Source of the DNA: Acidobacteriota bacterium
GTDB taxonomy: Bacteria; Acidobacteriota; UBA6911; JACQSX01
Length of the DNA stretch: 64,000 bases
Reading direction: 5' to 3'
NCBI GenBank assembly: GCA_036507075.1
Contig: DASXQR010000004.1
Location: forward strand, 1 to 64,000
This document shows, piece after piece, positions 1 through 9,975 of this stretch. Numbering within the stretch: the stretch's first letter is position 1; each line of letters starts with the position of its first letter. Made by a program: the position numbers and the translations under genes. The notes beneath the pieces are model-generated. The model did not search any database, was not told where the DNA came from, and worked only from the letters and a program-made list of their open reading frames with translations.

Positions 1-142
1 CAACTGGGTTTTTAACTGCAGTACCTCCTTGTGTTTCATTGATAAAGATGAAACAATAAATTCCCCCCCCTTGTCAATACAAAACTTCCCTTAGCTGTCC
101 ATGGACCGTCAGGTTAGGATGGATAAATGTAGAAACTCCAGA

Positions 143-339
143 GAGACGCCCCGGTGGGGCGTCTCCTGCAGTCCGCTGGACAACATCTCGGCGGGAGACG
201 GTTCACCGAACCGTCTCTACAATGGCGGGAGACGGTCCACCGGACCGTCTCTACAATGGCGTCTCTACAATGGCGGGAGACGGTCCACTGGACCGTCTCT
301 ACAATGGCGGGAGATGGTCCACCGGACCGTCTCTACAAT
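143..339 (-). repeat. Tandem GTAG-type REP-like array: four 34-bp units, one partial unit and one related opposite-orientation hairpin
   Basis: Unit GGCGGGAGACGGTCCACCGGACCGTCTCTACAAT at 190, 224, 272 and 306, partial at 258. The minus strand reads GTAG followed by a hairpin. Related hairpin GAGACGCCCC-GGT-GGGGCGTCTC at 143-165. Confidence 0.85.
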
Positions 340-435
340 GTTTAAAGTCCAGAGAACAGTGAATCGTCGGTCAGGGGCCTACTGACGTGATCCAGGTGAC
401 TTTTTGTGGCGCCGAAAGCCGATAAATTCAGGCTG

Positions 436-1797
436 ATGAAGATTCCCGGCGCATTTCTTCTTATTGGGATGCTGGCCGTCACTGGCTGCGACGCAGGGAA
501 AGCTCGCTCGGAGTTGCGGCGTCGCGGTATTGAAAATAGCCAGGAGGCACTCTTCAAAAGGGCGGCACAAGGAGACGACGATTCGGTCAGACTTCTCCTG
601 CGCGCCGGACATTCGCCGGACGTGGTGGAAAAATATACCGGCAGGACGCCGCTCATGTACGCGGCTGAGCAGGGACATTTGACGGTGGTGCAAACCTTGA
701 TATCCGGCAAGGCCAATGTCAACGCGCGCATCGAGGCAAAGACGTTTCGCAGCGGTTTGCCTCTGCCCGGTTGGGAGTCCTCCTCGGTGCGCCCCGCTCC
801 CGGCTGGACGCCGCTAATGTTTGCGGTGAACAAGCAGCATCTGGAAATTGTCCGAACACTGCTAAAGGCAGGCGCCGACGTGAATGCCCAAGGCGATCGA
901 AATCGGTCCAACGCCTGGAATGACGCGACACCGCTGCTTCTGGCAGCGCAAAATGGAAACGCAGAAATCGCGCGGTTACTGATCGAAGCGGGAGCAGACG
1001 TGAACGCCTCCGACCTTGCCGGACGCACTCCATTGATGCTGGCCAGGAACGTGGAAATCCTCAAGTTGCTTCAAAGAGCTGGAGTCAATCTGAACGCCAG
1101 GAATGCCGACGGCACGACGGCTCTTTGGAGAGCCGTCGGTCTGGTTGATGAGCGGATGATCCGGTTTCTCATTCAGGCGGGCGCCGATGTGAATGCAAAA
1201 GACAGATCCGGCCAGCCGGTGCTGATGGCGGCGCGCGGAAATGCGGCAAGAATACTGATCGAAGCGGGCGCGGACGTGAACGCCACCGACCCTCAAGGCA
1301 GGACCACAGCTATGCGCATGGCTCAAGATGGACGGTACAACGGCGCGGTTCGCGATTTGTATCGACTCGGGAGCAGCCTCGATGGCATTTCGCCCTGGCA
1401 GGCGTTTCAATTGTTACAGGATGCCGTCGGAGCAAACGACATTGCCGCGGCAAGAGCGGCAATCAAAGCCGGAGCAGACGTGAATGAAAGCAGGGCGCGC
1501 GGCGGCCCGGGCGTTTTTAGCGGCCCGATTCTGCTGACCGCTGCCTATCATGGAAGGACCGAGATCGTGCGCCTGCTGATTGACTCGGGCGCAAACATCC
1601 AGGTGAAGAATCCAGACAACCTCACCGCGCTTCACCATGCCGCAATCATGGGTCAGGATGAAGCTGTCCGTTTGTTGTGCAAAGCGGGAGCCGAGGTTAA
1701 CGCCATCGACAAACGAGGCAACACTCCGCTTTCGCTCGCTCTGCAATACAAGCATGCCGGCACGGCCGAAATCCTGCGCCGGGCCGGAGCCCGGTAA
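436..1797 (+). CDS. Ankyrin repeat protein, probable lipoprotein
   Basis: Many G-x-TPL/TAL...GADVN repeats. ATG 436 gives MKIPGAFLLIGMLAVTGC (signal peptide with lipobox-like Cys). Confidence 0.92.
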   Translation: MKIPGAFLLIGMLAVTGCDAGKARSELRRRGIENSQEALFKRAAQGDDDSVRLLLRAGHSPDVVEKYTGRTPLMYAAEQGHLTVVQTLISGKANVNARIEAKTFRSGLPLPGWESSSVRPAPGWTPLMFAVNKQHLEIVRTLLKAGADVNAQGDRNRSNAWNDATPLLLAAQNGNAEIARLLIEAGADVNASDLAGRTPLMLARNVEILKLLQRAGVNLNARNADGTTALWRAVGLVDERMIRFLIQAGADVNAKDRSGQPVLMAARGNAARILIEAGADVNATDPQGRTTAMRMAQDGRYNGAVRDLYRLGSSLDGISPWQAFQLLQDAVGANDIAAARAAIKAGADVNESRARGGPGVFSGPILLTAAYHGRTEIVRLLIDSGANIQVKNPDNLTALHHAAIMGQDEAVRLLCKAGAEVNAIDKRGNTPLSLALQYKHAGTAEILRRAGAR

Positions 1798-1972
1798 CCC
1801 GGATTATTCACAAACATTGAGCCGCCGGGGCCGCGAAGAAGGCCATGGGAGCGTCTATCGGTCGCCTCTCCGCCAATTGAATAACCTTGTGATGTCCGGT
1901 ATCCTGCCGCAGATTCGCCTTAAAATTATTAGTCAGGCCGGCAGAGATTTCGACGGCCAGGGGGAGCAACTC

Positions 1973-2362
1973 ATTAATAAGAAATCTATCTGGGCCGTGC
2001 TCGCGGGCATGCTTGTCATCATCGTAGCCACGACTCTCGTCGACATCGTGCTGCACGCAGCCGGCGTCTTCCCGCCCATGGACCAGCCGATCAACGACGC
2101 GCTCGCCCTGTTTGCGACTTCCTATCGCATCGTGATCGGCGTCTTCGGCGCCTGGCTGACAGCCCGGCTGGCGCCGGATAAGCCCATGAAGCACGCTATG
2201 GTCCTTGGCTACGTAGGCGTCGTCGTGGGGCTTGTGGGTCTTGCGGCAACCTGGAACCTGGGGCTCGGCCCCAGGTGGTATCCGATCTTGCTGGTTGTGC
2301 TGGCGATACCGCAATGCTGGGCCGGCGGCAAGATCTACGAGAGGTGGTCTGGCAAGCGTTGA
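1973..2362 (+). CDS. Small four-TM membrane protein, start uncertain (possibly ATT)
   Basis: Hydrophobic C-terminal part of ORF 1637..2362. GGGGAG lies 6 nt before in-frame ATT AAT AAG AAA. Confidence 0.75.
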   Translation: MNKKSIWAVLAGMLVIIVATTLVDIVLHAAGVFPPMDQPINDALALFATSYRIVIGVFGAWLTARLAPDKPMKHAMVLGYVGVVVGLVGLAATWNLGLGPRWYPILLVVLAIPQCWAGGKIYERWSGKR

Positions 2363-2408
2363 AGGCGGCGCAATGAAAAACCCGTTCTCGAGGCGCTGAA
2401 GTCCGCGG

Positions 2409-2675
2409 GCGAATCTCCCCAACTCCACCACGGTCAGTACCGCGGGCGTCAGCCCGTGCGCGGTGAACCTTCCCAACTCCACTCCGATCGTTACCGCGGG
2501 CGTGAGCCCGTGCCGGGCGAATCTCGCCACCTTCATCGCCGTCAGTACCACAGCCACTACGTGAGTCTGGACCACGGGCTCACGCCCGCGGTACTGACGA
2601 CGTGGAACTGGGGAGATTCGCCACGCACGGGCTGACGCCCGCGGTACTGACCGCGGTGGAGTTGGGAAAATTCGC
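2409..2675. repeat. REP/BIME-like array of ~54-bp units in two opposite orientations between convergent genes
   Basis: Core CAGTACCGCGGGCGTCAGCCCGTG. Units at ~2409, 2463 and 2517 (partial); inverted units at ~2573 and 2622. Confidence 0.85.
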
Positions 2676-2786
2676 CCCGCATCTGCTCGCGTCAGAAATG
2701 TTCAAACTCCAGGGCGCGGCTTCGCAGCGCCACAACCTTTCCACACGGTGGTCGGCAAAAGCCGCCGCAATCTCGACCCTGGCCAA

Positions 2787-3320
2787 TCACCCGCTCACGG
2801 CAGCAACAGTGGCCGCAGCGGCATCATCGGACGTCAGGATCATCAAGTACCAGCCCAGGATCAGGAGCAGATAGAGATCCGGGAGTGAAATGGCCTCTTC
2901 CTGCAGACTGATTCCTGCTGCCTGTTTCAAGAAACCAAACTGCGGTCGAAAATGGATGAGAGTGTTTCCGCTTTCACGCGTGAAAGCCCAATGAGAGCGC
3001 CAGAAATTAGTACGGGTCCAGCGAAATCTTCCGCCCGGGCCCAGATCCAACGTGCCCTGGGAATTCCAGTTCGGCTGGAATACCGCAATTTCCGTCTCAC
3101 TGCCGGGCGTTCGAACCGTGATCAGCGGGCGGAGAAAACCCGCCCGCTTGAACGTCCAGGCTCCGGCGGCAGACTCACCTCGCGCAACTGACCCTCGAGT
3201 CTTCTCCCATTTTAGAGTAGCGACGAGATCATCCCCGGCGCGCAATTCGAATTCGCGTCGCCTGGCGGCAGGCTGGATCCAAGTCAGTTCTTCGCGGTTG
3301 GTCCGCTCGAGCGTTTTCAT
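2787..3320 (-). CDS. Hypothetical protein (177 aa)
   Basis: Clean ORF with globular composition; no motif recognised. Confidence 0.7.
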   Translation of the reverse strand: MKTLERTNREELTWIQPAARRREFELRAGDDLVATLKWEKTRGSVARGESAAGAWTFKRAGFLRPLITVRTPGSETEIAVFQPNWNSQGTLDLGPGGRFRWTRTNFWRSHWAFTRESGNTLIHFRPQFGFLKQAAGISLQEEAISLPDLYLLLILGWYLMILTSDDAAAATVAAVSG

Positions 3321-3546
3321 CGGCGGCTTCCAGGAAAACTTCCCCTCGTGGAATACTGAGTTTAACAGACAAACCGAGGCGTGATCCTTAATGTATGTTT
3401 AAGGAACCGCACAGTTGTTCGTGTACCGACAGTCTGCGGCTTGCTACAATCAGGCTCGAAACGGGTGTTTCATGGTGTAAGTATTCCCTTCCACAAATTT
3501 GCAGAATAGCAACGGAGGGATTGTGACAGCACGCCCAGGAAGAACG

Positions 3547-6500
3547 ATGCGCAGGCTCTTTTCGATGGTTGCCGGTTGCGGTTTTGACACGGTTCTCTCG
3601 ATGCTTGTTTTTGCCTTCGCTCTCGGCCTCACGTTCCGGGCTCAGGAAGAGAGGAAGTATCCTGACCCGCAGACGCGACCTGAACCAAGACCGGGCTCTG
3701 GCGACGGCGCATACAGTTCCGCCCGAGCGCAGCTCGGCTTTGAGATCAACCGGGGGCAGGCCCGGGAGGACGTGAAATTTGTCTCGCGGGGAAATGACTA
3801 CACACTGTTTTTGTCGCCGCGCGAAGTGGTCTTGAGCCTGACTGAGACCGAGCCGTCGTCCGGCATTCCTGCAGTTCCGACCGAGCCCCTGGCCCGCGCC
3901 AGAAGGACGAAAACGAGCTCGGTAATTCGCATGCGCCTGGTCGGATCGAACCGCGTATCGGATCTGGAAGGTATCGGACCACTCGAGGGGAAGAGCAATT
4001 ACCTGATCGGCAATGAACCTCACCACTGGATTCAAGACGTGCAGCGATATGCCAAGGTGAAATACCGGCAGGTTTACCCCGGAATCGACATGGTCTTCCA
4101 CGGAACCGGGGGCCGACTGGAATTCGACTTTGAATTGGCTCCGGCGGCCGATCCAAAAACGATACGCATAGACGTCATGGGTGCCGAGGAGTTATTGCCC
4201 GGCCCATTGGGAGATCTGGATCTTCGGGCAGGCAACCGGGCAATCACTATCCGGGCTCCAACTGTTTTTCAACAGGGGGATGGTAAAAACCTCATACCAG
4301 GACGATTTCAAATCACAGGGAAAAGCAGGTTTGGGTTTGATATCGGCCCGTATGATGTGAACAAGCCGCTGGTCATCGATCCGGCATTGAGTTTCTCAAC
4401 CTATCTGGCCGGAAGCGCCGGAGCTACGGGTCTTGGTATTGCCACCGACACCTCCGGCAACATTTATGTGGCGGGAGACGCCAGTTCAGCGGATTTTCCG
4501 GTGCGCAATCCCATCCAGTCCACTTATGGCGGAAGCGGCGACATTTTCGTCGCCAAATTCAACCCCAGCGGCTCGGAGCTGATCTATTCGACATTCATCG
4601 GCGGCAACAGCTTCGACACTCCTTTCGACATTGCAGTGGATTCTTCAGGGAACGCCTGTATTACCGGCACCACTGAATCCACCAATTTCCCACTCGCCGG
4701 CGCGATACAGACCAGCCTCGGCGGAAATACGGACTCTTTTGTCGCGAAGTTGAATGCCGGCGGTTCAGCTCTGGTGTTTTCAACTTATCTGGGAGGAGCA
4801 AGCGGCGACACCGCGCTCGGGATCGCCACCGATCCTTCCGGAAACATTTACGTCACCGGCGGGACCTTCAGCGCTAATTTTCCGTTGAGACTGCCGCTGC
4901 AGGGCGCCTTGAGCGGGATAAGCGACATTTTCGTCACCAAATTCACGCCGTCCGGATCGCTCTCCTATTCCACTTACCTCGGCGGAAATAACAGCCTCAG
5001 TGGAAACGGAAGCCTGGAGCGCGGCGAGGGCATCGCGGTCGATTCGGCCGGCGTAGCCTACGTAACCGGCGACACCACTTCGACAAATTTTCCACTGCGC
5101 AACGCGATTCAGGCGACGCACCGCGGCGGCTCCGCCGACGCGTTCATCACTGCATTGAACTCCACGGGATCGGCGCTCGTCTTCTCGACTTTTCTCGGTG
5201 GAACCGGCGTAGACAGCGGCGATGGGATCGCTCTGGACCCATCGGGGAATATTTACATCAGCGGCTTGACCCGTTCCACCGATTTCCCTCTGGCTAATCC
5301 GTTCCAGAGTACCAACCGAAGCGTCGGCGTATTTAACAACGAATTGTTTGTTGCCCGTCTCACCCCGGGTGGTGCGGCGCTCGCTTACTCCAGCTATCTG
5401 GGAGGTTCCAGCAACGACCTCAATTCCGCGATCGCCGTTGATCCCAGCGGGAACGCGTATATCGCCGCGTATTCCAATTCCCCGGACTTTCCGCTGCTCG
5501 ATCCGGTACAAAACGACTGCGGAGGCGGTACGGATGCCGTTTTGACCAAAGTGAGTCCGGCCGGCGCCATCATTTACTCAACACAGATCGGCGGCAACGG
5601 AAACGAGCAGAACTGGGACGTGGCCGCAGATGCATCGGGCAACGCCTACATCACCGGTTCCACCAATTCCAATAATTTCCCGGTTGTGAACCCGTTTCAG
5701 GCGACCCGAAGGTCTGTCGACGCGTACGTTGTTAAGATCAGCCCGTCAGGCTCCGGAGGCAATGGAGTGGCGCCGGTGCAAAATTCCGCCTGGACTCGCC
5801 GCGCTCGCGTCGATACGAACGGGAATGGAGCTCCTGACCCTGACGACGAGGGGATCGACGCGACCCGCAACGGAAATGAGCTGGAGCTGAACAGTCCCAG
5901 GTACAGAAGCCGCTGCGGCAGTTCCGGAGCTGAACTGATGAATCCTTCGCCGTTGACCGGCCAGTTCCAGAATGCCACATACATAAAAGGCGGGACGCGT
6001 ATTTATCGCATGGTGGTGGACCGTTTCGATTCACGCCTCCGCCCCGCCTCTGCCCTGGTCATTGAAGAACGCATCCTTGCCAACGGCACTGTTACACCTG
6101 TTGCACAAGCTCGCCTGTCGCCGGTGGACGGGAATAATGACGGCATTGCGGAAGCATTTTCGGTGGTCACAACTTCGCCTGTCTCCGGCAAAGGTGCGTT
6201 CGCAACGCAGGAAGTGATTCTCAGCCTGGTTAGATACGACGTCAACGGGGATGGCAACGCAGATTTTGTGAGCATCCCGTGGGCCATGGCTCAGGCCGTG
6301 GGTGTGAATACACGCGATAGTATTCCGGACCCGCAGGTGTTTATTCCGCTCGGTGATACCAACGGCGACGGCATCCCGGATTCGCCCGCGTTCGACTTTA
6401 ATAACGACGGACAGGCCGATACTGATTTGCAACTGACGCCGTTCCTGGCAGGTCCACCCGATCCCAGTGTTGAACACAGGCTCTATTTTGCTCAATTCGG

Positions 6501-7848
6501 AGACGGAGAATCCGGCGGCGCGCGTCTGTTCTCGCAGATCATGCTTCTGAGCCTGGACGAAACCCGGTCGGCTACGGCGCGGATCTCGATTCGCGATGAT
6601 GCCGGCGCCCCGCTCACGGTCGATTTGAACGGTCAGATCGTCAGCGGCGAAACCCAGGTGGAGATTCCCCCCGGAGGTTTACGAATCCTGCGCACTGACG
6701 GGCAAGGTCCGATTACCAGCGGCTCAGTGATGGTCCGGTCAAACCGGGTGTTGACGGGTGTCATCCTGTTTGACGGCAGTATCGGCGTGGCGGGAGTGGG
6801 AAACAGCGTTCCGCTTCCCGATGGCTTCGTCGCCCCGATGGAGAACAATACGGCCTCGGCCATCAATACGGGAGTGGCGTTGATGAATCTGGAAACGTCG
6901 CCGCTGGCGGTCACTCTGGAGCTGCTGGGAGTACAAGGCAACAGGCTGGCGACGGCGACCGCGGTAATTCAGGCAGGCGGACACCTGGCGCGATTTCTGG
7001 GAGAATTCAACTTTGTTCCTGCTGTTGAGCTGTCATCCTTTTCGGGGCTGCTCAGAGTCACGTCGCCGGGCAAGCTTGCCGCCACGGTAATTCAGACCCG
7101 CCCGGGAGAGTTTGCCACCATGCCCGTCGCGCAACGCCTGGTAAGCGCAGCGATCACAACGATGGCGACACGGAGCCACAGGTTGAATTTCGCTCAGTTC
7201 GGGGACGGCGAAAGTGCCGGCGCACAATTCTTCAGCCAGCTAATGCTGTTTAATCTGGACGCGGTGCGTCCCGCTTCCGTTCGCATCCTGCTCCAAAACG
7301 ATTCGGGCGCGCCTCTCAGCGTCGATCTGAACGGGCAGGTGGTCAACGGCCAACTCGATCTTGCGATTCCCTCCGGCGGGCTGAGTGTGCTTCGTACGGA
7401 TGCCCGCGGCGCGGTCACGGCAGGCTCGGTCGCGGTAAACTCGAGCCGTCCACTTGCCGGGGTAATCCTTTTTGGCGGAAGTATCGGCGTATCCGGTGTC
7501 GGCAGCAGCGCCGAATTGTTGAACGGATTTGTGGCGCCGGTGGAAAACAATGCTGCTCAGGCGATCAGCACCGGCATTGCGGTGATGAACCTGGAGCCCA
7601 CCGCCTTGACGGCCAGTCTTGAATTGCTCGACGCGAACGGGAGCCGCGTTGCCAGCGGTAGTCTGCCGCTTCCGGCAAACGGACATGTGGCGCGTTTCTT
7701 GCCGGAGTTAAGTCTCACGCCGGCAGCCAATCTGTCCGCTTTTACCGGCGTCCTGAAAGTGACAGCCCCGGGGAGAATTTCGGCCACAGTGATTCAAACA
7801 CGCCCCGGCCAGTTGGCCACTCAGCCTGTGACCGGCCGGCTGAATTGA
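3547..7848 (+). CDS. Large secreted SBBP beta-propeller repeat protein with Ca-binding-like DxN/DGDG motifs and a duplicated C-terminal domain
   Basis: N-terminal FEINRGQ...VYPGIDMVF...LVIDP module, repeated STYLGG/IAVD-xxGNxYITG, and two FAQFGDG-starting ~230-aa repeats. Start is 3499, 3547 or 3565. Confidence 0.88.
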   Translation: MRRLFSMVAGCGFDTVLSMLVFAFALGLTFRAQEERKYPDPQTRPEPRPGSGDGAYSSARAQLGFEINRGQAREDVKFVSRGNDYTLFLSPREVVLSLTETEPSSGIPAVPTEPLARARRTKTSSVIRMRLVGSNRVSDLEGIGPLEGKSNYLIGNEPHHWIQDVQRYAKVKYRQVYPGIDMVFHGTGGRLEFDFELAPAADPKTIRIDVMGAEELLPGPLGDLDLRAGNRAITIRAPTVFQQGDGKNLIPGRFQITGKSRFGFDIGPYDVNKPLVIDPALSFSTYLAGSAGATGLGIATDTSGNIYVAGDASSADFPVRNPIQSTYGGSGDIFVAKFNPSGSELIYSTFIGGNSFDTPFDIAVDSSGNACITGTTESTNFPLAGAIQTSLGGNTDSFVAKLNAGGSALVFSTYLGGASGDTALGIATDPSGNIYVTGGTFSANFPLRLPLQGALSGISDIFVTKFTPSGSLSYSTYLGGNNSLSGNGSLERGEGIAVDSAGVAYVTGDTTSTNFPLRNAIQATHRGGSADAFITALNSTGSALVFSTFLGGTGVDSGDGIALDPSGNIYISGLTRSTDFPLANPFQSTNRSVGVFNNELFVARLTPGGAALAYSSYLGGSSNDLNSAIAVDPSGNAYIAAYSNSPDFPLLDPVQNDCGGGTDAVLTKVSPAGAIIYSTQIGGNGNEQNWDVAADASGNAYITGSTNSNNFPVVNPFQATRRSVDAYVVKISPSGSGGNGVAPVQNSAWTRRARVDTNGNGAPDPDDEGIDATRNGNELELNSPRYRSRCGSSGAELMNPSPLTGQFQNATYIKGGTRIYRMVVDRFDSRLRPASALVIEERILANGTVTPVAQARLSPVDGNNDGIAEAFSVVTTSPVSGKGAFATQEVILSLVRYDVNGDGNADFVSIPWAMAQAVGVNTRDSIPDPQVFIPLGDTNGDGIPDSPAFDFNNDGQADTDLQLTPFLAGPPDPSVEHRLYFAQFGDGESGGARLFSQIMLLSLDETRSATARISIRDDAGAPLTVDLNGQIVSGETQVEIPPGGLRILRTDGQGPITSGSVMVRSNRVLTGVILFDGSIGVAGVGNSVPLPDGFVAPMENNTASAINTGVALMNLETSPLAVTLELLGVQGNRLATATAVIQAGGHLARFLGEFNFVPAVELSSFSGLLRVTSPGKLAATVIQTRPGEFATMPVAQRLVSAAITTMATRSHRLNFAQFGDGESAGAQFFSQLMLFNLDAVRPASVRILLQNDSGAPLSVDLNGQVVNGQLDLAIPSGGLSVLRTDARGAVTAGSVAVNSSRPLAGVILFGGSIGVSGVGSSAELLNGFVAPVENNAAQAISTGIAVMNLEPTALTASLELLDANGSRVASGSLPLPANGHVARFLPELSLTPAANLSAFTGVLKVTAPGRISATVIQTRPGQLATQPVTGRLN

Positions 7849-8385
7849 GGCCGTGCCGCGGTCAGGTCTTGTCACCAGCGATATTCCGATAGCGGTGGGA
7901 ACACTCCAGGTAATCCTGCCAGACGGTCGACTTCTCAGCGTTCCGGCAGAACTGATTCTACAAACACTGTTGCCTCTCACCATCGCTCACCGCAAGCAAC
8001 TGTGCACTTTGTAATCTGGATATTTTTCTTTTGTCAGGATCCATTTGGCAGATGCTTTGCAAGCTGCTGACTCCCTCGTCTGCTAAAATAGACGTAAGGT
8101 TGGGGCGAAGCTGGCTGGGCCCGGGTTCATTGCAGATTCAGTATGGAAGCGAAAGGCATCGACTTTGAAGAAGGTGCCAAATGACTAGGGGATATCAGAA
8201 CAGCATCGACGCCAGGCGTGCGCTTCCCTGGATGAAATCCAGCGGCGTACTGCTGTGGTTAGCTCTCTTTTGGCTGCAGGGTGCGAATTCATCGGGGGAG
8301 GCACAGCCTCGCAGTTCGAGAAACATGGACTGAACGGCGAAGCAGAGCTTCGCCGCCAGAGGCAGTGGTTGTGCGCTGTTTGTGC

Positions 8386-8772
8386 CTATTCGGTCTTTCT
8401 TTTTAGATCCAGTGTGGCTTTCCGGACCGCGCCGTCGCGTTCCGTTATAGCCTCGCCCTGAAGGCGATCATTCACCAGCGACAGGGCAACCTTGAAGACA
8501 GATTCACTGGTTACAACTTCGAAGGAGATGTTGTCACCTTCGATTTTACCTTTGCTGATGGGAATCTGTTCACTCTCATTCTCACCAGCCGTTCCAGTGA
8601 TCTCAGGTCCGCTCTGCTTCAGAGTCAGGAAGACAGTGGATTCTCTGACCTCGCCGGTCTGCCTCGTTCTCTTAGAAGTTCCGGCCCACTTACCAGTGAC
8701 ATCAGCCGCGGCCCAAATCGTCAAAATGAAAAACAACAACGCGCAGCCCAAAACGGATAACTTTATTTTCAT
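8386..8772 (-). CDS. Small secreted hypothetical protein
   Basis: Signal peptide then ADVTGKW; GGGAGG RBS upstream. Confidence 0.8.
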   Translation of the reverse strand: MKIKLSVLGCALLFFILTIWAAADVTGKWAGTSKRTRQTGEVRESTVFLTLKQSGPEITGTAGENESEQIPISKGKIEGDNISFEVVTSESVFKVALSLVNDRLQGEAITERDGAVRKATLDLKRKTE

Positions 8773-8896
8773 TGATCTTTCCTCCCTTTAGCCCCTCTCA
8801 CAAGGTCTGATTTAGTGAATCCTGTCATTAAACGAAACTACATTGAGAAAAGTTCCTCCATTATCAGTACCGCGGCCGTACGAACGTGAGAAAAAA

Positions 8897-9064
8897 TTGA
8901 ACCGCCAAGAACGCGAAGAACGCTAAGAATTTCTTTTTTAGTCCGGCTTCAAATGGTACTGCACGTTACACGTGACACTTCTTCAGAACTTTCAATTGCT
9001 TGCAGCCAGCAGGTTGTTCGGACCCATGATGAGCTTAGCGTTCTTTGCGTTCTTCGCGGTTCAA
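8897..9064. mobile_element. Miniature element with 9-bp-period inverted arms, flanked by REP-like half sites
   Basis: TTGAACCGCCAAGAACGCGAAGAACGCTAAG ... CTTAGCGTTCTTTGCGTTCTTCGCGGTTCAA; outer ACCGCGGCCGT (8869) and ACGGTCGCGGT (~9092). Confidence 0.7.
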
Positions 9065-9220
9065 GCTTTTTAGATTTATTCACGCGTTCTCACGGTCGCG
9101 GTTCTGTGGGCGCAGATTGTTTTTTTTTGGCAGTTTACTGGAAAATCATCCTAAAAAGAAGCAGCGGCAATGAGCTAAGCTTTGCGCCAGGGCAGCAACC
9201 TTCTTTGAGGCAAGCACACA

Positions 9221-9493
9221 ATGTGTAGAAATATTAAGACCCTCTTCAACTTTGATCCTCCCGCAACCCGGGAGGAGGTTCGAGACGCCTCCCTTCAATT
9301 CGTGAGAAAGCTTTGTGGCTTCACCAGGCCGTCAAAGGCCAACGAGGACGCGTTTGAGTTGGCCGTTGACCAGGTTTCCCAGGTTGCGCAGGCCTTGCTT
9401 GACTCGTTGGTTACCGGCGCCGATCCGCGCAATCGCGAAGTTGAGGCCGCCCGAGCCCGCGCCAGGGCAACCCTGAGATTTGGCCACCAGTGA
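9221..9493 (+). CDS. DUF2277 family protein
   Basis: Characteristic start MCRNIKTLFNFDPPAT...ASLQFVRK. Confidence 0.9.
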   Translation: MCRNIKTLFNFDPPATREEVRDASLQFVRKLCGFTRPSKANEDAFELAVDQVSQVAQALLDSLVTGADPRNREVEAARARARATLRFGHQ

Positions 9494-9565
9494 CCAGGCT
9501 GAAAGAATTGGCCGCTGATCTACACGGATTAACACGGATTAATAGTTAGGCTGTTCAAATTCCCT

Positions 9566-9923
9566 ATGAGGAACCCTGCATACGACTCTTTAAGAGACCT
9601 TAATTGGTCCCCGGTTGAAAAGAGGGCAGCCCGCGCGGCGTTCAAGGCCGCCCTGGTTCGCGAATGCGCAACGATAGTGCGAGAGGTGGAAGCAATGCTG
9701 GAGGATTGCTCAGATCCCTTGAAGATCTGGCCTGTACATGACTATTTGTCCGAAAAGCGGCGAGACATTGACCAAAAATACGATTACCGGTACTCAGTTT
9801 TAATCACGGTTTTTGCCCGCCTGCTGTTTGAGGGCTGGACCACTGAAGCGGAGCTTGCAGCTCGGTCCTGAGAAGCTCGACCTGATCAAGCATTATGCAA
9901 AAATACGGTGGGAACGTTCTTGA
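9566..9923 (+). pseudogene. Fluorescence recovery protein (FRP)-like protein, frameshifted near the C-terminus
   Basis: WS..EK..AR.AF...W.VHDYLSEKRRDIDQKYDYRYSVL..VFARLL.EG matches the FRP pattern. The annotated frame stops at 9871; LGPEKLDLIK continues in another frame from 9861 to TGA 9921-9923. Confidence 0.75.
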
Positions 9924-9975
9924 AAAGAATTTTGGCCTTCTCTGACTGACGTTCCGGGTGCTAGCCTATGCCGGT

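Noticed and set aside
1..80. Minus-strand gene start and promoter (TTGACA at 77-72, AAGGAGGT at 30-23)
   Set aside because: No well-spaced -10, and too little sequence to define the ORF.
190..339. CRISPR array
   Set aside because: The 34-bp units are head-to-tail with no unique spacers, and there are no cas genes in the window.
101..385. ORFs 101..385 and 154..345
   Set aside because: They are translations of the tandem REP-like repeat.
1808..2874. Repeat-peptide ORFs (HGLTPAVL..VELG) as RiPP precursors
   Set aside because: The same peptide appears on both strands because of an inverted DNA repeat, and no modifying enzymes are nearby.
7853..8380. Short ORFs or gene remnants downstream of the SBBP gene
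   Set aside because: No recognisable motif or convincing RBS.
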